A DNA stretch of 64,000 nucleotides from an uncultured Candidatus Saccharibacteria bacterium (GTDB lineage Bacteria > Patescibacteriota > Doudnabacteria > UBA920). Below the pieces are notes generated by a model. It saw nothing but the letters and a program-made list of their open reading frames with translations. It searched no databases and had not been told where the DNA came from. Positions 9,439 through 18,863 of the stretch are shown piece after piece. The stretch spans positions 105,128 through 169,127 of the forward strand of contig CAYYQK010000002.1 in the NCBI GenBank assembly GCA_964473815.1, written 5' to 3'. Made by a program: the position numbers and the translations under genes. Each line of letters begins with the position of its first letter. Position 1 is the first letter of the stretch.

Positions 9439-9672
9439 ATGTCTAAATTGAATACTAAAAAAGTAATAGGTTTCCTATTACGACCTTTGTCATTATTTAT
9501 AGTATTGGTGCTACTGTACTGGGGGTTTACTTCTTCTGGAGATGTTAAGGAAATAGCGTTGAACTTCATTATTATTGCTATGTCCATAATGGTTGTCGGA
9601 ATTATATTTAATGATGTTTGGGATAGTGATGAAGTGCCTAATTGGATTCGTAAGTATTTTAGAAAGAGATAA
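9439..9672 (+). CDS. small two-TM membrane protein
   Basis: Two hydrophobic segments; stop overlaps next ATG. Confidence 0.55.
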   Translation: MSKLNTKKVIGFLLRPLSLFIVLVLLYWGFTSSGDVKEIALNFIIIAMSIMVVGIIFNDVWDSDEVPNWIRKYFRKR

Positions 9673-10235
9673 TGTCAGCAGAATTAATAACATTTTTCCA
9701 TAACTCCGACGAATTACGTTCGGAGTTTTCTCATAAGGATTCAAATAGACCATGTTTCTATTGGTTTGCTGACAGATTCCATAGTCATACTGGTTATCTA
9801 AAAAAAGATAAGTATTTCTATATGTTTGTAAAAGACCCAATTAAAGAATCAATCACATTAATACCTCGTAATAATGAGGACCATAGTTTTCATGCTTTGT
9901 ACAACGACTTCCTTTTCTTTAAACACAATACAGATTATCAGGAATATTTAGAGCCTCCTATTTTAATGTCGTATGATAGAATCGTTCCTGATTTGATTGC
10001 AGAATACTCAGAAGAAACAAATGAGTATAAGATTGTGAAACCAGATATCTTTAAACATATGCGATTCAAGTTATATGACGATTCATATAAACATCAATGG
10101 GCTAAAGGTCCAAAATTTACAGATATTCAAGTATTGAATAAATCGCTCCCTTTACTAGCAAATTCATTGCCGCTAACTGATCCTAAAATCAGAAATGGAA
10201 AGTATATTTTCAAAAACTGGTTAGGTGCATATTAG
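9672..10235 (+). CDS. hypothetical protein
   Basis: 187-aa ORF coupled to upstream gene. Confidence 0.6.
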   Translation: MSAELITFFHNSDELRSEFSHKDSNRPCFYWFADRFHSHTGYLKKDKYFYMFVKDPIKESITLIPRNNEDHSFHALYNDFLFFKHNTDYQEYLEPPILMSYDRIVPDLIAEYSEETNEYKIVKPDIFKHMRFKLYDDSYKHQWAKGPKFTDIQVLNKSLPLLANSLPLTDPKIRNGKYIFKNWLGAY

Positions 10236-10549
10236 TGCATATTTTGAAAAACTAAGATTACGTCACTTTAGGTCGTAATTAAATACCTTTGATAATTAGG
10301 TTAAACGCTATGTATTTCGCGCAAAACTAGCTCAAATTCATGCGTTTATATCGGAAACCAAGAGTTATATATTGACGCACAGAAAACTCTAAAGTACAAT
10401 GCTTTTACTGGATAAAGAAAATTAGAGAAGAAACCTCTCGTTTCGGCAACTAATGCCCCAGATAAAAAACTCGTGCTAACCATGGCACCATAATTAAGTT
10501 TTTTATCGGGGTGTTGTTTTTTACCAACACACTCGATGTTGGTTTTATT

Positions 10550-10882
10550 ATGCCTAGAATAAAGTTTGGTTATGATTCAAATTACATTAAAGTGTATGGA
10601 CGAGCTCAATCGCATTTCAATTTAAGACCCATAGAAGGTTTACTTTTGGGTTTGGTAGAAAGTATGTCTTCTCAAAAAGGTTATTGCTATGCAACCAAGG
10701 AAACTTTGGCAGGAATATTGAATGTAAATACAAGCACTGTCTATTACACAATGAACAAGTTAATTAGAAAAGGTTTATTGATTTCCAAACCAGTAGGATT
10801 CAGTAAAGCGCAATTAATGTGTACAGATGAATGGTATGACTTTATAGGAGAACTTAGACAAAGTTTTTCGCCAGATGATTAA
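10550..10882 (+). CDS. winged-HTH protein, phage/plasmid replication-initiator-like
   Basis: GYCYATKETLAGILNVNTSTVYYTMNKLIRKGLL pattern; upstream TTGACG-17-TACAAT promoter. Confidence 0.65.
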   Translation: MPRIKFGYDSNYIKVYGRAQSHFNLRPIEGLLLGLVESMSSQKGYCYATKETLAGILNVNTSTVYYTMNKLIRKGLLISKPVGFSKAQLMCTDEWYDFIGELRQSFSPDD

Positions 10883-11084
10883 TGTCAATTTGTGGTTCTA
10901 GATCCATTTAGCCTCCGAATTTCAGAATGGCCCTATTAAATTCAGAGTCCTAAGACTATGAAATTAAAAGTAAAAATACTCTTAAATTCAGAGCTAATAT
11001 ATATAATCATATTTATAAATCATATTTAAAGATTAATACCCATATTTTGTAAAATATACAAAATATGGGAAACAGCACAAGATA

Positions 11085-11249
11085 ATGAATCAAATAAATG
11101 AAAAACAAATACAAGAATTTATAGATCTATATAAGTTAAAGTATGGAGTAACTATAAGTCGTGAAGAAGCTATCATTCAATCAAGAAAATTATTAGATCT
11201 TGTTAAGCTTGTTTATAAACCAATAAAAAAAGATTCTGATAAAGAGTAG
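11085..11249 (+). CDS. small protein upstream of the recombinase (54 aa; absent from ORF track)
   Basis: MNQINEKQIQEFIDLYKLKYGVTISREEAIIQSRKLLDLVKLVYKPIKKDSDKE. Confidence 0.65.
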   Translation: MNQINEKQIQEFIDLYKLKYGVTISREEAIIQSRKLLDLVKLVYKPIKKDSDKE

Positions 11250-11281
11250 TTGTCCCCCGTGCCAAGAGGAATCGTATCAGT

Positions 11282-11401
11282 GATAATGTAATTAACAACT
11301 ATCACGTGCCTAGCTAACAATTTGTTTTGATAATTCCTTTATTGGAATAGTCTTTATCTGAAACATTGGGTTCGGATAGTTGTTGAGACTATTCCTTTTT
11401 T
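11282..11401 (+). promoter_or_regulatory. promoter and structured leader/terminator preceding the recombinase
   Basis: -10-like GATAAT 11282; stem ggaatagtct/agactattcc plus T6 ending 6 nt before ATG. Confidence 0.6.
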
Positions 11402-11407
11402 GTATTT

Positions 11408-13081
11408 ATGAAAGTATCTAATCCAAAACTTAGATATGTGGTTTATGCACGTAAATCCACTGATTCCGAAGATAGACAGGTTCAATCAGTAGACGACCAA
11501 TTAAGAGAGCTAGAACCAATTATTACCCAAAACAGCCTAAATGTAGTTAGGTATTTTGAGGAATCTAAGTCTGCCAAAAGACGTGGAAGACCAATGTTTA
11601 ATGAAATGATGGATATGATTCAAAATGGTAAAGCTGATGGTATTATTTGTTGGAAACCAAATCGGTTATCCCGTAATGCATATGACGGAGGACTGATACA
11701 AGGAATGCTTACTGATAATATTATTCAATCCATAGTTACTCCATCTAAAGAGCATTTGCCCCAAGATAACGTTATGTTATTAACTGTTGAATTAGGCATG
11801 GCTAATCAGTTTAGTTTGGATTTGGGGCGTGATGTTAGCCGTGGAATGCAGAGTAAAGCAAATAAAGGGTGGTTACCTGAGAAAGCACCACTAGGATACC
11901 TTAACGATCCGCTAGGTTTGAAAGGTGAAAAGAAAATATTTATTGATGAGGAAAGATTCCCATTAGTTAGAAAAATGTGGGACTTGATGTTAACAGGAAA
12001 CTATACTGTTAAGCAATTAAGAGATCTTTCCCATAATGAATGGGGTTTGAAGACAAGGGCTAGTAGGAATCTATCTAGCAAGATGCTAAGTCTGAGCGGA
12101 GCGTATAGAATATTCACAAATACATTTTATTATGGCGAGTATTCATATAAAGGAGAGGTAATTCAAGGTAAACATCAACCCATGGTAACTAAGGAAGAAT
12201 TTGATCGAGTCCAAAAGTTACTTGGTAGAGCTGGTAAACCGAGACCTAAATATAAACGATTGCCATTTAATGGTGTGATTAGATGTGGAGAATGTGGATC
12301 CATGATTACTTGTGATGAGAAAGTGAAACGTTCAAAACAACCAAATGTACAGCCAAAGCATTATTTATATCACAGATGTACAGGTAAGAGTCATGATTCT
12401 TGTTTTCAAGAACCAATCACCTATCAGGATCTAGCTAATCAAATTACTGGTTATCTTGGTAGTATTACTATATCTCAAGAACTATTAGAATGGTCATTAA
12501 AAATATTGCGTCAAAATAATCAAATAGAAGACACTAATCGCTCCATAATAATAAAAAACCTAAAAAAAGATTTGGAGTCCGTTTCAGAAAAGAATAAGAA
12601 TTTGATTGATCTCTTTCTTTCAGGAAGTAATAAAGATCGAAGTATGCTCACTGAAGAAGAATATATCAATCAGAAGAATACTTTTACAGCTGAGAAATCT
12701 AGAATTGAAGGTGAATTAAGAAAAATTGAAACTAATGACGGTGGTTTACTTGAGTTAACTGAGAAGACATTTGAGTTTGCTACTTATGCTAGATCTCATT
12801 TCCAAAATGGCGACTATGAAACACAAACTCGTATATTACTGAATCTTGGGCAGAAAATAGTCTTAAAAGATAAAAAGCTAGTTATAGAATTACAGAAACC
12901 TTACTCAATTATAAAAAATGGACTAGAAAAAATGAGTTCAATTATGATATCGGTCGAACAAGAAGAACGCCTTATACCTAAAAGGAAAAACACTCCTTTA
13001 GAGAGTGTTTATTCCATGTGGAGCGGCCAAGGGGAATCGAACCCCTATCCCTTCCTTGGCAAGGAAGAGTTCTACCATTGA
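11408..13081 (+). CDS. large serine recombinase (resolvase, recombinase and Zn-ribbon domains)
   Basis: YARKST catalytic Ser, RLSRN, APLGY, CGECG Zn ribbon, coiled coil; last ~20 codons are the tRNA-Gly antisense. Confidence 0.95.
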   Translation: MKVSNPKLRYVVYARKSTDSEDRQVQSVDDQLRELEPIITQNSLNVVRYFEESKSAKRRGRPMFNEMMDMIQNGKADGIICWKPNRLSRNAYDGGLIQGMLTDNIIQSIVTPSKEHLPQDNVMLLTVELGMANQFSLDLGRDVSRGMQSKANKGWLPEKAPLGYLNDPLGLKGEKKIFIDEERFPLVRKMWDLMLTGNYTVKQLRDLSHNEWGLKTRASRNLSSKMLSLSGAYRIFTNTFYYGEYSYKGEVIQGKHQPMVTKEEFDRVQKLLGRAGKPRPKYKRLPFNGVIRCGECGSMITCDEKVKRSKQPNVQPKHYLYHRCTGKSHDSCFQEPITYQDLANQITGYLGSITISQELLEWSLKILRQNNQIEDTNRSIIIKNLKKDLESVSEKNKNLIDLFLSGSNKDRSMLTEEEYINQKNTFTAEKSRIEGELRKIETNDGGLLELTEKTFEFATYARSHFQNGDYETQTRILLNLGQKIVLKDKKLVIELQKPYSIIKNGLEKMSSIMISVEQEERLIPKRKNTPLESVYSMWSGQGESNPYPFLGKEEFYH

Positions 13082-13092
13082 ACCATGGCCGC
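13019..13092 (-). tRNA. tRNA-Gly(GCC)
   Basis: Cloverleaf gcggcca...GCC...ggttcgattcc...tggccgctcca. Confidence 0.95.
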
Positions 13093-13122
13093 ACGCTATT
13101 ATAAATATAAGTAAATTTTTGC

Positions 13123-13197
13123 TGGTGCCGCGAGTCAGAATTGAACTGACGACACGACGCTCTTCAGGCGTCTGCTCTACCACTGAGCTACCGCGGC
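13123..13197 (-). tRNA. tRNA-Phe(GAA)
   Basis: gccgcggtagctcag...ctGAAga...gttcaattc...cgcggcacca. Confidence 0.95.
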
Positions 13198-13220
13198 ATA
13201 AATGTGGTTTTAATTTTTGT

Positions 13221-13297
13221 TGGTGGGCGATAAAGGATTCGAACCTTTGACATCTTCGGTGTAAACGAAGCGCTCTGACCAGCTGAGCTAATCGCCC
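13221..13297 (-). tRNA. tRNA-Val(TAC)
   Basis: gggcgattagctcag...ttTACac...ggttcgaatcc...cgcccacca. Confidence 0.95.
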
Positions 13298-13332
13298 TAA
13301 TGTTCGCTTGTGCGAAAACTTTGTAAAATTTT

Positions 13333-13419
13333 TGGTGCCCGAGAGAGGACTTGAACCTCCACGGGATTAATCCCACTACCACCTCAAGGTAGCGCGTCTG
13401 CCAGTTCCGCCACCCGGGC
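13333..13419 (-). tRNA. tRNA-Leu(GAG)
   Basis: gcccgggtggcggaa...ttGAGgt, long variable arm, CCA end. Confidence 0.95.
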
Positions 13420-13497
13420 TTGGGAACAATTTATCCAAAAATCCTTCTAATTATAGTGCAGATTATGGAAATTGTCCAGTCTCTCTTAATTTTGATG

Positions 13498-14448
13498 CTA
13501 GATAACCTTCCAATGCCCGCGATCATCTTTGGCTAAACGACCGTATAAAGAAAATCCGGCTGCGAGTTTGTGTCCCCCGCCACCCAAAGATTGGGCAATA
13601 GCTTGCACATCAACCCCTTTGTACTCTTCACTGCGCAAGCTGCCTTTAATCAGATCTTCTTTTTCTTGTTTTAAAAACATTGCAAATTTGGCCTCCGGAA
13701 CCTTATTTAAGGTTTCGGCGATACCTTCAAAAGCAGACATTGGCGGATTACCCAAAGATGCCAGTTCATCGCTGGTGATAACTGAATAGATCATTTTTTT
13801 GACTGGATCGTAGTGTGCATTTCCCAGCGCATGCGCCCAGGCTTTTAAACTTTCTAAATCTTTAGTTTGGTAAGTGTGTTTTGTGATAGTCGATACCCGC
13901 GCGCCGTGTTCCATTAATTCCGCTGCAGCTGCGAGCGTGCTCGCCTCTGTGTTGCTGTGCATAAAAATTCCTGTATCAGTAATAATTCCTGTCAGCATGC
14001 ATAGCGCAATGTCATGCGTAATTTCCCAACCGCAAAATTTAAAAAAATCATAAGTTAGTTCAGCTACCGCAGATTTAGTAGAATCAACCACATTCACTGT
14101 ACCGTAATTGGTATTGTCTGGATGATGATCTAAATTAATAATTGGAATTTTTAATTCCATAATTTCTGCGTGTCCCACGCGAGCCAAACTACTACAGCCA
14201 GAAATTACTAATACATCAAATTTTTCATTGGGTAATTTTTCTAGAACTTTGTCCGACATTGGTAAATATTTCAAAGCATCGGGAACACCGCCTTCAATTA
14301 CAACGGCAACCTTTTTGCCAATGCCAGAAAGAAAATTGCCCAAAGCTAAAACCGAACCGAGGTCATCACCGTCGGTTCTCATGTGCGTAGTTAATAAAAT
14401 TGTATTGCTTTCTTCAAGCAATTTTTTAGCCTGTGCAAATTCTGTCAT
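13498..14448 (-). CDS. nrnA: DHH/DHHA1 phosphoesterase (NrnA-like)
   Basis: DGDDLGS, LDHH, TDTG, GGGGH; follows rbfA. Confidence 0.85.
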   Translation of the reverse strand: MTEFAQAKKLLEESNTILLTTHMRTDGDDLGSVLALGNFLSGIGKKVAVVIEGGVPDALKYLPMSDKVLEKLPNEKFDVLVISGCSSLARVGHAEIMELKIPIINLDHHPDNTNYGTVNVVDSTKSAVAELTYDFFKFCGWEITHDIALCMLTGIITDTGIFMHSNTEASTLAAAAELMEHGARVSTITKHTYQTKDLESLKAWAHALGNAHYDPVKKMIYSVITSDELASLGNPPMSAFEGIAETLNKVPEAKFAMFLKQEKEDLIKGSLRSEEYKGVDVQAIAQSLGGGGHKLAAGFSLYGRLAKDDRGHWKVI

Positions 14449-14449
14449 G

Positions 14450-14806
14450 CTACTCTTCCTCTTCTTCGTGAATTTCTTTGATGATCTCGTCGATGTGTTG
14501 TGCGTATCGCGGCGTTGTATCTAAGAAAAATTGTAAGCGAGGTGTCATTTTCATTCCTAAATGCCGATTCAGCTCGCCTTGAATATCGTAAAGATTTGAA
14601 TTAATTTCGGAAAAAATCGCATCATCATCGCCACCGACAATTGAGATATAAACTTTTGCCCAGCGCGAATCGCCACTGGTTTCTACTCGGGAAACCGTAA
14701 CAAGACCGCCATTGGTTTCAATGGTGTCTTTTAAAATTTCACCAACTTGCTGCTGGATTAAAGAGTTTAATTTTTCTTTGCGATTGGTAGGTTTAGGGGT
14801 AGTCAT
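14450..14806 (-). CDS. rbfA: ribosome-binding factor A
   Basis: VTVSRVETSGD..AKVYIS, TPRLQFFLD; infB context. Confidence 0.9.
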   Translation of the reverse strand: MTTPKPTNRKEKLNSLIQQQVGEILKDTIETNGGLVTVSRVETSGDSRWAKVYISIVGGDDDAIFSEINSNLYDIQGELNRHLGMKMTPRLQFFLDTTPRYAQHIDEIIKEIHEEEEE

Positions 14807-14945
14807 AAATTTATATGAAAAAATACTATAACAAACTAACTCTATTATAGCAAGGCCGCATAAATTTAATAGAAAAAATGCCCGCCGCCGTGATCTGTTT
14901 ATCAGGGCGCCGGGACTTGGTGTGTCATTCGGTAACGCGATCTTC

Positions 14946-15281
14946 TTACCGTTGCGAAGCGATGAACTCGCGGATCTTGGATTTTACCGCGGCCACCCTA
15001 TCTTCGTTGCAGTCTTCAGGGAACTGAAACACAGGGACCTTCACTGTTCTGAAGGCTTCTTCGTTTTCGTTCCAGGTTCGCTCCGACACCACCATCAGTT
15101 TCGTTACCTTGGGTGGATCCAACAACCCGATAAGCGAACTTTCTAAAATTACACACAGATCTTCTTTGAGCTCCTCGAGAGTTAAGTGAATTTTCTCGTT
15201 CACCTTATCTTCCTCAGGAAGCAATGAGAAGTATGTAGTAGTATAAAGTCTTAGTGATTTAGCCTGAGCCACTTCACTCAT
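14946..15281 (-). CDS. hypothetical protein inserted between infB and rbfA
   Basis: AAGGAGG SD; own downstream hairpin. Confidence 0.6.
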   Translation of the reverse strand: MSEVAQAKSLRLYTTTYFSLLPEEDKVNEKIHLTLEELKEDLCVILESSLIGLLDPPKVTKLMVVSERTWNENEEAFRTVKVPVFQFPEDCNEDRVAAVKSKIREFIASQR

Positions 15282-15339
15282 TATGCTGTCCTCCTTGCGT
15301 TGATTTTTTAGTCTAAATAAAAAGACTCTATATTCTAAC

Positions 15340-17328
15340 TTATAGAGTCTTTTGTTTCAAGGTTTCTTCGAAACTTTCGATTGTATCGCCTTCGCGGAGT
15401 TTAACATTAGTTTTCAGTTTCATACCGAATTCGTTACCGCGACTAACTTCTTTGGTGTCGACTTTATTTTGTTGTAAGTCAATAATTTCTCCGCGTCCAA
15501 TTTCGACCATGTCTCCTTCAGCAATATTGCCGGCCTCAACTTCCGGATGTCCGGCTTCAGCTTTACGCCAAATCGCAATTGGTTTAGATTTGCGAAGTTC
15601 GCCATCATCAACTCGCCCGCCAATAATCATTTGTGATTTTTCGGTGCGGAAGATTGCCAGTATCGTGCCTTTACCGAATGTTGCTTTTTCCATTTCTGGA
15701 GTGAACATGGCGATCACAGCGCTGGTAATGTTTTCTAATAGTTCGTAAATAACGTCGTAGCTTTCAACAGCAACTTTCTTTTGCTTGGCAAGATTAATTG
15801 CTTTCGGATTTGTCTTAACCCGGAAAGCAATCACAGTCGCTTTGCTGGAGTCAGCTAGTAAAATATCATTTTCATTAACTTCGCCAATGCCTTCACTTAA
15901 AATTTTAATTTGTACTTCATCGTTTTTCAGTTTCGCAAACGATTGTTGAATCGCTTCCAAAGATCCGGCTACATCAGCCTTCAAAATTAAGTTCAATGTT
16001 TTGCTTTCACTATCACCCTGTAGTTTAGAATGATGAGTCAGCTTGCGACTGTGTTTCATCTTTTGTGCTGTGGTTGCAATAGTGCGTGCTTCTTCCAAGC
16101 TAGCTGTAGTTTGCAAAATGTCGCCTGCTTCTGGTAATTCAGAGAAACCAGAAATCAACGCTGGTCTAGATGGACCGGCAAACTTTAACTTCTTACCGTT
16201 TTCATCTTCTAAAGATTTCACGCGACCAAAACCAGTACCAGCGACCATGATGTCACCAACTTTTAAAGAACCGCTTTGAATAATTACGGTTGCAACTGCG
16301 CCTTTCCCCTGCGCCATATGCGATTCTATTACAGTTCCCAAAATTTTTCCGTCTGGGTTAGCTTTGAAGTCTTCGATTTCGGCTTGCAGTAAAACCATTT
16401 CTAAAAGTTTGTCGATGCCAATATTTTGTTTTGCAGAAATTTCGACTGCAATTGTTTTACCACCCCAGTCTTCTAAGAGCACGCCGTGTTCTGCCAACTC
16501 TTGTTTGGTTTTCATGACATTGGCATTGTCTTTGTCGATTTTGTTAATCGCTACTATTAAAGGAGTGTTGGTAAATTTGGCACGATTAATAACCTCAATG
16601 GTTTGAGGTCGTACGCTGTCGTCTGCAGCAACAACTAAAATAATTAAATCAGTTACGTTCGCACCACGAGCACGCATTTCTACGAACGCTTCGTGTCCAG
16701 GAGTATCTAAAAAGGTAATAACTTTGCCTTCGTGCTTCACCTGGTACGCACCAATGTGCTGAGTGATGCCACCGCTTTCGGTTTCAACAACACTGGCTTT
16801 GCGAATTGCATCTAAAAGAGTAGTTTTACCGTGGTCAACGTGTCCCATTACTGCCACGATTGGGGGACGGGGTTGCATTTGACCGGCGTTGTCATCAGCT
16901 TCTTTATTAAGTTCCTCATGCAAAAAACCAATTCCAAATTCTTTTGTGTCACCCGCAGCTTCTGTCTCAACTTCAAAACCGAGATCCTGCGCAATAATTG
17001 TGGCAGTTTCAAAATCAACTTCTTCGTTAATGGTTGCCATTACGCCATTAGTAATCAAAGCTTTGATTACATCTGTTACTGGTAATTCGAGTAGGTCGGC
17101 AAAGTCACGCACTTTAATGAACGCAGGAAGTGAAACTTTTTTTGGTGGTCCCGCTGGTTTCTTTACTTCTTCTTTCGGCTTTTCGCTTAGTGCTTTAATG
17201 ATGTCATTCGCTAAGTGGTTATCAATTTTGTTAGCACGAGGAGAAATGCGAAAACCGGCTGCGTTCGCTTTGCTTCGCAGTTCTTGAATCGACATATTCA
17301 GTTCGCGTGACAAAGATGATAAATTCAT
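15340..17328 (-). CDS. infB: translation initiation factor IF-2
   Basis: [24 protein letters not shown]. Confidence 0.98.
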   Translation of the reverse strand: MNLSSLSRELNMSIQELRSKANAAGFRISPRANKIDNHLANDIIKALSEKPKEEVKKPAGPPKKVSLPAFIKVRDFADLLELPVTDVIKALITNGVMATINEEVDFETATIIAQDLGFEVETEAAGDTKEFGIGFLHEELNKEADDNAGQMQPRPPIVAVMGHVDHGKTTLLDAIRKASVVETESGGITQHIGAYQVKHEGKVITFLDTPGHEAFVEMRARGANVTDLIILVVAADDSVRPQTIEVINRAKFTNTPLIVAINKIDKDNANVMKTKQELAEHGVLLEDWGGKTIAVEISAKQNIGIDKLLEMVLLQAEIEDFKANPDGKILGTVIESHMAQGKGAVATVIIQSGSLKVGDIMVAGTGFGRVKSLEDENGKKLKFAGPSRPALISGFSELPEAGDILQTTASLEEARTIATTAQKMKHSRKLTHHSKLQGDSESKTLNLILKADVAGSLEAIQQSFAKLKNDEVQIKILSEGIGEVNENDILLADSSKATVIAFRVKTNPKAINLAKQKKVAVESYDVIYELLENITSAVIAMFTPEMEKATFGKGTILAIFRTEKSQMIIGGRVDDGELRKSKPIAIWRKAEAGHPEVEAGNIAEGDMVEIGRGEIIDLQQNKVDTKEVSRGNEFGMKLKTNVKLREGDTIESFEETLKQKTL

Positions 17329-17433
17329 AAGATTATTTAAGCAAAATTGCTTATAACTGATTAACTATACTGGATTTTTCATAAAAATGCAAGTGTTTTT
17401 ACAAAAAATTAAAACCACCATTGCTTGGTGGTT

Positions 17434-18276
17434 TTAAAACGTTCGGGTCTTCCCTACTATCATTCGCAGTTGTTTGGGTATTATAGAAATTATTTCTGGT
17501 ACTTTGGCAAAGGTTCGTCCAGCGATTGTTAATGGAAATCCACGCGGTTCTAAAAATTCAACTTGCTTACATTTAATAATTGATGTGCCAGGAATGTTTT
17601 CCATAACACCATTAGCAATGTCAGGTTTGTATTTCATGACATCGATTTTGTTCATGCGTTCCAAAACCATTAAGTCGAGCAACCCGTCGGTTGGGTTGGC
17701 AATGGTTGAATTTGCGCTAGAAGTCGCGCGCGAGTTTGTTACTGTTCCACCAAGACAAGTGATATCCATGGTGTAAGAATTATCAACGCGAATTTTTAAA
17801 TTATGTTCCACTGCAGCCATCCCGCGCAAAGAACTAAAAAATCCCATCTCTTTGGCTTTCGTGGATGCAATGCCGAACTCTACTTGCGAAATAAAATAGT
17901 TGTCGCCCAAAGTCGCAAGATCCATTTTTTCAATCCGACGCGCAGCAACAGTTTTAACTGCTGTGAGCAACGAATCAATTCCTAAAATTTTACTTAAATA
18001 TGTATCTTCAGTCATTGGGATAAAGCCCAATGCAAAATCGCGACCGCGCAAATACGCGAGCATTAAATTAAAAGTGTCATCAGTGCCGCAAGCAATTAAA
18101 GTTTTGACGCCACGGTCACTGGCAGTATCAACAAGTTCTTTAATGCCGCGAATAGAAGTCACTCTCGCCATGTCTCCAGATATCTTAAATTCTGCAAGGA
18201 GGCCTTGCAGTGTAACTTGCGCTTTCTCAAATTGCGCTTCTGGTATATTTGTTCCGTCCAGAATGTAGAAGTACAT
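17434..18276 (-). CDS. diacylglycerol kinase-family protein (divergent)
   Basis: LIACGTDDT in place of GGDGT, LGFIP, DGLLDL. Confidence 0.7.
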   Translation of the reverse strand: MYFYILDGTNIPEAQFEKAQVTLQGLLAEFKISGDMARVTSIRGIKELVDTASDRGVKTLIACGTDDTFNLMLAYLRGRDFALGFIPMTEDTYLSKILGIDSLLTAVKTVAARRIEKMDLATLGDNYFISQVEFGIASTKAKEMGFFSSLRGMAAVEHNLKIRVDNSYTMDITCLGGTVTNSRATSSANSTIANPTDGLLDLMVLERMNKIDVMKYKPDIANGVMENIPGTSIIKCKQVEFLEPRGFPLTIAGRTFAKVPEIISIIPKQLRMIVGKTRTF

Positions 18277-18383
18277 ATAAAATGATAAGACGGCGGGTCC
18301 TGCCGCCTGGTATCTTTTTTCTTCGCGGCACAGCCGACTCAGAAAAAAGTTACTCTGGCGTCACCCGCCTTACCTTTTTTATT

Positions 18384-18806
18384 TTATTCGTCTTCTGGTT
18401 CAGGGTCGGAACTATTTCCCTTGCCGCTAGCAGTAGAACTCTTAAAGCCACCGTTTTGCTTATCAACAACAGCGCCTTTCATGCTGCATTTGCCTGTAAA
18501 TTGAGCGCCGTCTTCCACGCGCAACACCGCACAAGAGATGTCCCCCGCAATACGCGCGGTGCCTTGTAAAATCAAATTGCCGGAAACCTTAATATTTCCC
18601 TGCACTTGTCCGGCCACAATGGCATTGCCTGCTTGCACATCTGCAACTAACATTGCCGCTTCGCCAATGTGTACGCTTTGAGTGGTATTTACTTTACCCA
18701 TTACCCCGCCTTCGATGCGGATGTTGCCTTCAGAGTTTAAATCACCCTGAATTTTTACTGATGGGCCGACAACGGTTTCCGCTGCAGCCATATTATCTTG
18801 TGCCAT
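18384..18806 (-). CDS. bactofilin (polymer-forming cytoskeletal protein)
   Basis: TVVGPSVKIQGDL..GNIRIEG..GA.FTGKCSM. Confidence 0.9.
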   Translation of the reverse strand: MAQDNMAAAETVVGPSVKIQGDLNSEGNIRIEGGVMGKVNTTQSVHIGEAAMLVADVQAGNAIVAGQVQGNIKVSGNLILQGTARIAGDISCAVLRVEDGAQFTGKCSMKGAVVDKQNGGFKSSTASGKGNSSDPEPEDE

Positions 18807-18863
18807 GTATATAAAATTTTTCCGTACGCGCAGTACTTAATAATGAACTTTTCTTTAACGGTT

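Larger units (their letters stand above)
1128..13024. mobile_element. integrated element (large serine recombinase) inserted at the 3' end of tRNA-Gly(GCC)
   Basis: TGGAGC at 1124-1129 and 13019-13024; recombinase ORF crosses the right junction; AT-rich accessory/defence cargo. Confidence 0.85.

Noticed and set aside
1128-13024. Island as a prophage or conjugative element
   Set aside because: No structural, terminase, relaxase or T4SS genes are visible
12998-13382. ORFs 12998-13183, 13005-13250 and 13188-13382
   Set aside because: Shadows of the tRNA-Gly/Phe/Val/Leu cluster
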